Below are positions 39,246 to 46,701 of a stretch of DNA of 64,000 nt, in pieces. The translations under genes and the position numbers were made by a program. Where the stretch lies: positions 497,688 to 561,687 of the forward strand of contig CAWARY010000015.1 of assembly GCA_963784645.1 (NCBI GenBank). The letters run 5' to 3'. This DNA comes from an uncultured Actinomycetota bacterium. Lineage in GTDB: Bacteria > Actinomycetota > Actinomycetes > JACCUZ01. The notes beneath the pieces were generated by a model. It did not search any database. It worked only from the letters and a program-made list of their open reading frames with translations, and was not told where the DNA came from. Numbering within the stretch: position 1 is the stretch's first letter; each line of letters starts with the position of its first letter.

Positions 39246-40495
39246 CGCGACGCACCCGGCGCCGAGGGAGCGCCACCACGGTCCTGCCCACCGCCGCCCT
39301 GCTCACCGCCGTGCTGCTCGTGGCCGGCTGCTCCGGGAGCAGCACCGGGGCAGCACCGCCCGGTCCGTCGTCGGGTGCGACGTCCGGCACCCCGGCGGCG
39401 ACCGGGCCGCTGCCCGGCACGCCCTCCGCCTCGGCCGCCTCGCCCGGGCTCGACCTGCTGCCGGGCATGCCGGCGCCTCTGGCGGACGCGGACGTCTGGG
39501 CTGCCGACCGTCCCGGTCAGCTCTCGCCGGTGGTCAGGGGATTCCGCGACCTCGTCTACGTCCCCAACTCGAAGAGCAACACCGTCACCGAGATCGACCC
39601 GCACACCTTCAAGGTCGTACGCACCTTCGCCACCGGCACCGAGCCGCAGCACGTCGTGCCGTCCTGGGACCTCAAGACCCTGTGGGTCAACAACGACCTC
39701 GGCAACTCGCTCACCAAGGTCGACCCGCGGACGGGCAAGCCTGGCAAGCGGGTGCCGGTGCACGACCCGTACAACCTCTACTTCACCCCGGACGGGAAGT
39801 ACGCCGTCGTCATGGCATCGCTGGACCGTGAGCTGGTCTTCCGCGACCCGCAGACCATGAAGGTCCGGCACCGCACGCACGTCCCCTGCTACGGCGTGAA
39901 CCACGCCGACTTCTCCACCGACGGCCGCTACTTCATCGTGTCCTGCGAGTTCTCCGCGCAGCTGTTGAAGGTGGACACCCAGACCTTCGAGGTCACCCGC
40001 GTGCGCCGCCTCGGCGCCCGGCCCGGCCACGGCACGCCGATGCCGCAGGACGTGAAGATGTCCCCCGACGGCCGGACGTTCTACGTCGCGGACATGAAGA
40101 GCGACGGCATCTGGTTCGTCGACGGCCGCACGCTGCGGGTGCGACGGTTCCTGCACACCGGGAAGGGCGCCCACGGCCTCTACGTCACCCGCGACTCGAA
40201 GCACCTGCTGATCACCAACCGCGAGGAGGGCAGCATCTCGGTGCTGGACTTCGCGACCGACAAGCTCGTCGACCGCTGGCGCATCCCGGGCGGCGGCAGC
40301 CCCGACATGGGCGGCCTGTCCAGCGACGGGAAGGTCTTCTGGGTCAGCGGCCGCTACGACGCGGAGGTCTACGCCATCTCCACCGTCGACGGGCACCTGA
40401 TCAAGCGGATCCCCGTGGGGTCCGGCCCGCACGGCCTCTGCGTGTACCCGCAGCCGGGCCGCTACTCGCTGGGCCACACGGGCGTCTTCCGCTAG
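39242..40495 (+). CDS. YVTN-family beta-propeller repeat lipoprotein
   Basis: GTG overlapping the upstream stop. Signal/lipobox LLTAVLLVAGCSGS, Pro/Ser/Thr linker, then repeated ...YVPNSKSNTVTEIDPHTFKVVRTFATG..P.HV..S.D.KTLWV.N..GNSLT.VD... 40-residue YVTN units. Confidence 0.75.
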   Translation: MTRRTRRRGSATTVLPTAALLTAVLLVAGCSGSSTGAAPPGPSSGATSGTPAATGPLPGTPSASAASPGLDLLPGMPAPLADADVWAADRPGQLSPVVRGFRDLVYVPNSKSNTVTEIDPHTFKVVRTFATGTEPQHVVPSWDLKTLWVNNDLGNSLTKVDPRTGKPGKRVPVHDPYNLYFTPDGKYAVVMASLDRELVFRDPQTMKVRHRTHVPCYGVNHADFSTDGRYFIVSCEFSAQLLKVDTQTFEVTRVRRLGARPGHGTPMPQDVKMSPDGRTFYVADMKSDGIWFVDGRTLRVRRFLHTGKGAHGLYVTRDSKHLLITNREEGSISVLDFATDKLVDRWRIPGGGSPDMGGLSSDGKVFWVSGRYDAEVYAISTVDGHLIKRIPVGSGPHGLCVYPQPGRYSLGHTGVFR

Positions 40496-40559
40496 CCGGC
40501 CGGACGTCGCCGGGCCGCCGCGGTCCGGTGCCACGGCGTCCCGACGGCGACGACGCCCG

Positions 40560-40883
40560 CTACATCGGCAGCAGCTCGAAGATCTCCACGGCGAAGCGGC
40601 CCTTGCCCTCGGACAGGAACGGGTGCTTCTCGAAGAGCGCCGTCGCGGCGGCCAGGTCGGCAGCCTGGACGATGGAGTAGCCGTTCTGGTCGCTCGCCTC
40701 ACCGGTGGAGCCGTCGTCCTTCAGTGCGGTACGCGCACCGCACGGCTCACCCGGCTCGACCAGCGCGGAACCGGTGTTCTCCATCCAGGTGTGCCACTCG
40801 GCCATCACCTTCTGGACGTCGGCAGGGTCCATCTCCCCGGGCGGGGTGGCGGGACCGCGATACAGGGCCAGGAACTTGCTCAT
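40560..40883 (-). CDS. YciI-like (dimeric alpha+beta barrel) small protein
   Basis: ATG 40883 MSKFLALYRGPATPPGEMDPADVQKVMAEWHTWMENTG...GYSIVQAADLAAATALFEKHPFL...FAVEIFELLPM. Size and pattern fit YciI-like/DABB proteins. Low certainty. Confidence 0.5.
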   Translation of the reverse strand: MSKFLALYRGPATPPGEMDPADVQKVMAEWHTWMENTGSALVEPGEPCGARTALKDDGSTGEASDQNGYSIVQAADLAAATALFEKHPFLSEGKGRFAVEIFELLPM

Positions 40884-41037
40884 GGCGAGCCTCTCTCGAC
40901 GGGAGGCGGCGCACCGACAGGCGCGGGGCGTCCTCGACCTCCACATCCCTACGACGTCCGGCCTAGCAGGGAATCGACAGCCCGTCGAGGGCGACCTCTA
41001 GACTTCCTCGGCCGAGCCGACGTGAGGGAGCTGCAGC

Positions 41038-42795
41038 GTGCGCAAGGTGCTGATCGCCAACCGCGGTGAGATCGCCGTCCGGATCGCCCGGGCCTGCCGG
41101 GACGCCGGTCTGGCGAGCGTAGCCGTGTACGCCGACCAGGACCGCGACGCCCTGCACGTCCGCGCCGCCGACGAGGCCTTCGCGCTGGACGGGAGCACGC
41201 CGGGCGACTCCTATCTCGTCGTCGACAAGCTCCTCGAGGTGGCCCGGCGCTCGGGGGCCGACGCGGTCCACCCCGGCTACGGCTTCCTCGCCGAGAACGC
41301 CGGCTTCGCGCAGGCCGTGATCGACGCCGGCCTGACCTGGATCGGCCCGCCACCCGCGGCGATCGACTCGCTGGGCGACAAGGTGAAGGCGCGGCACATC
41401 GCCGAGCGGGCCGGCGCGCCGCTGGTCGCCGGGACCAGGGACCCGGTGCAGGACGCCGACGAGGTGGTGGCGTTCGCGAAGGAGCACGGCCTCCCGGTCG
41501 CGATCAAGGCCGCCTTCGGCGGCGGCGGGCGCGGCCTGAAGGTGGCGCGCACGATCGAGGAGATCCCCGACCTCTACGAGTCCGCGGTGCGTGAGGCCGT
41601 GGGGGCGTTCGGCCGCGGCGAGTGCTTCGTCGAGAAGTACCTCGACAAGCCACGGCACGTCGAGACCCAGTGCCTCGCGGACACCCACGGCAACGTCGTG
41701 GTCGTCTCCACCCGCGACTGCTCGCTGCAGCGGCGGCACCAGAAGCTCGTGGAGGAGGCACCCGCGCCGTTCCTCTCCGACGAGCAGAACGCCGAGCTCT
41801 ACCGGGCGTCCAAGGCGATCCTGTCCGAGGCCGGCTACGTCGGTGCCGGCACCTGCGAGTTCCTCGTCGGGCAGGACGGCACCATCTCCTTCCTCGAGGT
41901 CAACACCCGGCTGCAGGTCGAGCACCCGGTCAGCGAGGAGGTGACCGGCATCGACCTCGTCCGGGAGATGTTCCGCATCGCCGACGGCGAGGAGCTCGGG
42001 TACGACGACCCCGCCGTGCGCGGGCACTCCTTCGAGTTCCGCATCAACGCCGAGGACGCCGGCCGGAACTTCCTGCCCGCACCGGGGCACGTGACCACGT
42101 TCCGCCCGCCGTCCGGGCCCGGAGTGCGCATCGACTCCGGCGTGGAGGCGGGCGGCGAGGTCGTGGGCGCCTTCGACTCGATGCTCGCCAAGCTGGTCGT
42201 CACCGGCGCCAGCCGCCGTCAGGCCCTCGAGCGCTCCCGCCGGGCCCTGGCCGAGTTCGTCGTCGACGGCATGCCGACCGTCCTGCCCTTCCACCGCGTC
42301 GTCGTGGCCGACCCGGCGTTCGCCCCGGCGAGTGACGACGAGGCCTTCACGATCCACACCCGGTGGATCGAGACCGAGTTCGACAACACCGTGCCGGCGT
42401 ACGACGGCACCACCGCCGAGCCCGCCGCGGCGGCCGATCGCGAGCGCGTCGTCGTCGAGGTCGGCGGCCGGCGGCTGGAGGTCGTGCTCCCCGCGGGGCT
42501 CGGAACGGGAACAGCAGCCGCCTCCGGCCGCGCCAAGCCGGCCCGGCGCACGGGCAAGGCGACAGGCGCCGCCGCCAGCGGCGACTCCCTCACGAGCCCG
42601 ATGCAGGGCACGATCGTCAAGGTCGTCGCCGAGGACGGCCAGCAGGTCGCGGCCGGCGACCCGGTGGTCGTCCTCGAGGCCATGAAGATGGAGCAGCCGC
42701 TCAACGCCCACAAGGCCGGCACCATCACGGGTCTCTCGGCCGAGGTAGGGGCGACGGTGAACCACGGTGCCGTCATCTGCGAGATCACGGACTGA
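41038..42795 (+). CDS. acetyl/propionyl-CoA carboxylase alpha subunit (biotin carboxylase + BCCP domain, AccA3-like)
   Basis: [28 protein letters not shown]-grasp, ...[18 protein letters not shown]..., C-terminal biotinyl domain [15 protein letters not shown] start 41038. Confidence 0.9.
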   Translation: MRKVLIANRGEIAVRIARACRDAGLASVAVYADQDRDALHVRAADEAFALDGSTPGDSYLVVDKLLEVARRSGADAVHPGYGFLAENAGFAQAVIDAGLTWIGPPPAAIDSLGDKVKARHIAERAGAPLVAGTRDPVQDADEVVAFAKEHGLPVAIKAAFGGGGRGLKVARTIEEIPDLYESAVREAVGAFGRGECFVEKYLDKPRHVETQCLADTHGNVVVVSTRDCSLQRRHQKLVEEAPAPFLSDEQNAELYRASKAILSEAGYVGAGTCEFLVGQDGTISFLEVNTRLQVEHPVSEEVTGIDLVREMFRIADGEELGYDDPAVRGHSFEFRINAEDAGRNFLPAPGHVTTFRPPSGPGVRIDSGVEAGGEVVGAFDSMLAKLVVTGASRRQALERSRRALAEFVVDGMPTVLPFHRVVVADPAFAPASDDEAFTIHTRWIETEFDNTVPAYDGTTAEPAAAADRERVVVEVGGRRLEVVLPAGLGTGTAAASGRAKPARRTGKATGAAASGDSLTSPMQGTIVKVVAEDGQQVAAGDPVVVLEAMKMEQPLNAHKAGTITGLSAEVGATVNHGAVICEITD

Positions 42796-42860
42796 CGCTT
42801 GCCGGCGCATCGCGCGCCCGAGGGCGGAACGGCCCGACCACCCACGGAGTTGATCCGCCC

Positions 42861-43715
42861 ATGGACATCCTGATCCTGCTCGTCGCCATTGGCATCGGAC
42901 TCGCCTTCATGGTCTCGCGCTCGCGGACCCGCGAGAGGCAGCGCCAGACCGAAGCCCTCAACGCGGTCCGATCGGCCGCGGAGGAGGACGTCGTCCGGTT
43001 CGGTGAGGACCTCACCCTCCTCGGCGACGACACGGCCGGACGGCAGCTGGACGAGGCGACCCGGCAGGACTACCGCCGGGCCCTGGACGCCTACGACTCG
43101 GCGAAGACCGCCCTCGACCGGGTGCAGCGGCCGGACGACGTCCGCGGCATCACCGGCATCCTCGAGGACGGCCGCTACGCGGTCGCCTGCGTGCAGGCCC
43201 GGATCGCGGGCAGGCCGGTGCCGGCCCGCCTGCCGCCCTGCTTCTTCAACCCGCAGCACGGCCCCTCCAGCGAGAACGTCGACTGGGCACCCCCCGGCGG
43301 TGTCCCCCGGTCGGTCCCCACCTGCCCTGCCGACGGGGAGCGGGTCCGGGCGGGCGCCGAGCCCGACATGCGCAAGGTCCCGGTCGGTACCGGACGCCGG
43401 CCGTACTGGCAGGGCGGCCCCGGCTACGGGCCCTATGCCCAGGGCTACTTCTCGCCGTTCGCCATGACCGGGCTGCTCCCAGGGTTGTTCCTGGGGTCGA
43501 TGCTCTCCGGCGGCTTCGCCGGCGACGCCTCCTACTCCGACGGCTACCAGGACGGCGTCGACGCCTACGGCGACGCCGGGTCGTACGACGGCTCCGACGG
43601 TGGGGACGGCGGTGGCTACGACGACGGCGGCGGGTTCGACGGCAGCGGGGACTTCGGCGGCGGGTACGACGGCGGCGACTTCGGTGGCGGCGACTTCGGC
43701 GGTGGCGACTTCTGA
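42861..43715 (+). CDS. membrane-anchored protein with Gly/Asp-rich C-terminal tail, hypothetical
   Basis: MDILILLVAIGIGLAFMV (single N-terminal TM), coiled/charged middle, C-terminal GGGYDDGGGFDGSGDFGGGYDGGDFGGGDFGGGDF low-complexity tail. Internal ATG 42861 of ORF 42363..43715. Confidence 0.55.
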   Translation: MDILILLVAIGIGLAFMVSRSRTRERQRQTEALNAVRSAAEEDVVRFGEDLTLLGDDTAGRQLDEATRQDYRRALDAYDSAKTALDRVQRPDDVRGITGILEDGRYAVACVQARIAGRPVPARLPPCFFNPQHGPSSENVDWAPPGGVPRSVPTCPADGERVRAGAEPDMRKVPVGTGRRPYWQGGPGYGPYAQGYFSPFAMTGLLPGLFLGSMLSGGFAGDASYSDGYQDGVDAYGDAGSYDGSDGGDGGGYDDGGGFDGSGDFGGGYDGGDFGGGDFGGGDF

Positions 43716-44296
43716 CCGCCGTCCTGCGGAGGTCCTTCGCCCGCGGCGTCCTCCGGCTCGCACGGTGGCAGACCGTCGGCAGCGTCCCGCGCTCGGGCAT
43801 CCTGGTCGGCGCGCCGCACACGTCGAACTGGGACTGGGTGGCGATGCTCCTGCTCACCTGGCGGGACGGCGTCCAGGCGCGCGTCCTCGTCAAGAAGGAG
43901 CTGTTCCGCGGCCCGCTCGCCCCGCTGCTGCGCGCGACAGGCGGCATCCCCCTGGACCGCGCACATCCGGGCGAGACGGTCCGCACGCTGCTGGCCGAGG
44001 CCGAGCACGACCAGCGCTTCCTGCTCGTCATCGCCGCCGAGGGGACCCGCGACAAGGGGACCTTCTGGAAGTCCGGCTTCTACCGGATGTCGATGCAGAC
44101 CGGCCTGCCCGTCACCCTCGGCTTCGTCGACGGCCCCAGCCGCACGATGGGCTTCGGGCCGACCTTCCACCCCACGGGCGACGTCGCGGCCGACATGGAC
44201 ATGGTCCGTGCCTTCTACGCCGACAAGCGCGGCATCCGGCCGGCGAACAGGACCGAACCCCGGCTGCGCGACGAGACAGCCCGCCGGTCCGAGTGA
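43712..44296 (+). CDS. lysophospholipid (1-acyl-sn-glycerol-3-phosphate) acyltransferase family protein; start codon unresolved
   Basis: In-frame upstream of the listed GTG 43838 the translation reads ...LRRSFARGVLRLARWQTVGSVPRSGILVGAPHTSNWDWVAMLLLTW. This contains the essential HxxxxD motif (HTSNWD); motif III AAEGTR lies downstream. No ATG/GTG exists between the previous stop (43713-43715) and 43838, so only CTG (43712/43724) or a mutated start is available. Confidence 0.55.
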   Translation: MTAVLRRSFARGVLRLARWQTVGSVPRSGILVGAPHTSNWDWVAMLLLTWRDGVQARVLVKKELFRGPLAPLLRATGGIPLDRAHPGETVRTLLAEAEHDQRFLLVIAAEGTRDKGTFWKSGFYRMSMQTGLPVTLGFVDGPSRTMGFGPTFHPTGDVAADMDMVRAFYADKRGIRPANRTEPRLRDETARRSE

Positions 44297-44300
44297 CGCC

Positions 44301-45704
44301 TCAGCCGCGCCAGACCTTGGTGTGCAGCTGTCGGGCCGCCTCGGCCACCGAGCCGCTGAGGGAGGGGTAGACGGTGAACGAGTGCGCCAGCTGGTCGACC
44401 GTCAGCCGGCCGTCCACCGCCAGGGCCACGGGGTAGATCAGCTCGCTGGCCCGAGGGGCGACGATCACACCGCCGACGACGGTCCCCGACCCGGTGCGGG
44501 CGAAGAGCTTGACGAAGCCGTCGTGCACGCCCTGCATCTTGGCGCGCGCGTTCGTGGCGAGCGGCAGCTTCACCGTGACCGTGGAGCCGGAGTCGTCCAT
44601 GTCCTTCTCGGTCCAGCCGACCGTCGCGATCTCCGGGTCGGTGAAGACGTTGGAGGACACGGCGCGGAGGTTGACCGGGCTCACGGCGTCGCCGAGCAGG
44701 TGCCACATCGCGATCCGGCCCTGCATCGCGGCGACCGAGGCGAGCATCAGCACGCCGGTGCAGTCACCGGCCGCGTAGACCCCGGTGGCGGACGTACGGG
44801 ACACCCGGTCGACCTCGATGAAGCCGCCGTCGGCGAGCTGGACCCCGGCCTCGACGAGCCCCAGGCCCTCGGTGTTCGGGATCGAGCCGACAGCCATGAG
44901 GCAGTGGCTGCCCTCCACGGTGCTGCCGTCGGCGAGCGCGACCACCACGCCGTCGCCGGACCGCGTGACCGACTGCGCCCGGGACTGCCCCAGCACCGTC
45001 ATGCCACGGCGCCGGAACACGCCCTCGAGGACGGTCGCCGCGTCGGCGTCCTCGCCCGGCAGGACCCGCTCGCGGCTGGAGACCAGCGTCACCTTGCTCC
45101 CGAGCGCGGTGTACGCGGACGCGAACTCGGCCCCGGTGACGCCGGAGCCGACCACCACCAGGTGCTCCGGCAGGCAGTCGATGTCGTAGACCTGCTCCCA
45201 GGTGAGGATCCGCTCCCCGTCGGGCGCCGCGTCCGGCAGCACCCGCGGGTGCGCCCCGGTCGCGACCAGGACCGCGTCGACGTCCAGCGCCTCCTCCCCG
45301 CCGTCCGCGGAGGTCGCGACGACCCGCCGGGGACCGTCGAGGCGGCCCCGGCCCCGCACGACCCGCACCCCCTCGCGCTCCATCCGGGCGGCGATGTCGT
45401 CGGACTGGGCCCGGGCGAGGGCCTTGACGCGCTCGTTGACCCGGGCCATGTCGACCCCGACCTGGTTCGGCCCGCTGGCCCCGCCGGCGGCGCCGAGCCG
45501 GACCCCGAGCTCCCCGGAGTCCGCGGCGTCGGTCATGGCCTCGGCGGTCGCGATGAGGGTCTTGGACGGGACCACGTCGGTGAGGACGGCGGACCCGCCG
45601 AGTCCGTCGGTGTCGACGACCGTCACCTCGGCCCCCAGCTGGGCGGCGACCAGGGCCGCCTCGTAGCCGCCGGGTCCGCCGCCGATGATCCCTACTCTCG
45701 TCAC
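44301..45704 (-). CDS. pyridine nucleotide-disulfide oxidoreductase (LpdA-like NAD(P)H quinone/ dihydrolipoyl dehydrogenase family)
   Basis: GTG 45704 VTRVGIIGGGPGGYEAALVAAQLGAEVTVVD (FAD GxGxxG), second NAD motif HLVVVGSGVTGAEFASAY, C-terminal dimerisation domain ...VYPSLSGSVAEAAR. No CxxxxC redox disulfide seen, as in mycobacterial LpdA (Rv3303c-like). Confidence 0.75.
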   Translation of the reverse strand: MTRVGIIGGGPGGYEAALVAAQLGAEVTVVDTDGLGGSAVLTDVVPSKTLIATAEAMTDAADSGELGVRLGAAGGASGPNQVGVDMARVNERVKALARAQSDDIAARMEREGVRVVRGRGRLDGPRRVVATSADGGEEALDVDAVLVATGAHPRVLPDAAPDGERILTWEQVYDIDCLPEHLVVVGSGVTGAEFASAYTALGSKVTLVSSRERVLPGEDADAATVLEGVFRRRGMTVLGQSRAQSVTRSGDGVVVALADGSTVEGSHCLMAVGSIPNTEGLGLVEAGVQLADGGFIEVDRVSRTSATGVYAAGDCTGVLMLASVAAMQGRIAMWHLLGDAVSPVNLRAVSSNVFTDPEIATVGWTEKDMDDSGSTVTVKLPLATNARAKMQGVHDGFVKLFARTGSGTVVGGVIVAPRASELIYPVALAVDGRLTVDQLAHSFTVYPSLSGSVAEAARQLHTKVWRG

Positions 45705-45766
45705 GCGGGCATTCTCCCGCACGCCCTGCTCGGTCCCGACCGCCGCGGCCCATACCCTTGCCGTCC

Positions 45767-46234
45767 ATGGCCCTCTACGCGGCGTACGGCAGCAACCTGG
45801 ACCCGAGCCAGATGCTCCTGCGCGCCCCGCACTCCCCGTTACGGGGCACCGGCTGGCTGGAGGGCTGGCGGCTGACCTTCGGCGGCGAGGACCGCGCCTG
45901 GGAGGGCCCCCTCGCCACGCTGGTCGAGGCGCCCGGCGAGCACGTGTTCGTGGCGCTCTACGACGTGACCGACGCGGACGCCCTCAACATGGACCGCTGG
46001 GAGGCGGCCGACCTGGCGCTGTTCACCAAGGTCCGGGCCCGGGTCCACACGCTCGACGGCGAGGTGCTGGCGTGGCTGTACATCCTCAACGACTACGAGG
46101 GCGGCCTTCCCTCGGCGCGCTACCTGGGCCTGATCGCCGACGCCGCGGAGGCGGCCGGTGCCCCGGACGACTACGTGGCCGAGCTGCGGTCCAGGCCGTG
46201 CCGCTCGGTCGGTCCGGGTCCGGTCAGCGGCTGA
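45767..46234 (+). CDS. gamma-glutamylcyclotransferase (AIG2/GGCT-like) family protein
   Basis: MALYAAYGSNLDPSQM... (YGSNL motif) ...VFVALYDV...EGG: AIG2-like fold. Confidence 0.7.
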   Translation: MALYAAYGSNLDPSQMLLRAPHSPLRGTGWLEGWRLTFGGEDRAWEGPLATLVEAPGEHVFVALYDVTDADALNMDRWEAADLALFTKVRARVHTLDGEVLAWLYILNDYEGGLPSARYLGLIADAAEAAGAPDDYVAELRSRPCRSVGPGPVSG

Positions 46235-46340
46235 CCGGCCCGGCCGCCGGTTCGCCATCCTTCGCGCGGGGCAGAGAACTCACAGCCGACTGACACCGGG
46301 AGTTCTCCAGTCCGCAACGTCGGGTGCCGATAGTGCAGAC

Positions 46341-46658
46341 ATGTGGTTGATGCGTGACACCACCCGGCCCGCCGAGGACAGCGTCCTCGCGGCCCTGCGG
46401 GCCTGCCCGCCGACCCAGCTGGTGAGCCTCGTCCTCAGCGCGTCGTCCAGCCGCGGCCGGCCGTCGATCCTCGAGCTGCTGCGCACCGAGGCCGGCACCC
46501 AGCACTGCCGGATCGCGCTCGCCGAGACCCGCGGGGTCGTCGTGCGCTGGGTGGACGGCATCGTCACCGGCAGCGTCGAGGACGTCCTCGCCTTCCTCGT
46601 CGCGAGCGGGCCGGTCCTGCACCGCTGCCACGGCCGCGCCGAGCTCGCCGCGGCCTGA
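46341..46658 (+). CDS. hypothetical protein (105 aa)
   Basis: Internal ATG of ORF 46158..46658, MWLMRDTTRPAEDSVLAALRACPPTQLV... Preceded by an inverted repeat. No family recognised. Confidence 0.4.
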   Translation: MWLMRDTTRPAEDSVLAALRACPPTQLVSLVLSASSSRGRPSILELLRTEAGTQHCRIALAETRGVVVRWVDGIVTGSVEDVLAFLVASGPVLHRCHGRAELAAA

Positions 46659-46701
46659 CGCGGCTCTCTGACGCGGGCCCGCTGCCGCTAGGGTCGCGGC
46701 C

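Noticed and set aside
40496-40559. GC-rich inverted repeats (CCGGAC...GTCCGG) in the convergent gap after the YVTN gene, and CCCGG...CCGGG after the giant gene (61126-61185), as terminators.
   Set aside because: Short, imperfect stems indistinguishable from chance in this GC content. Mentioned only as possible terminators; not reported as features.
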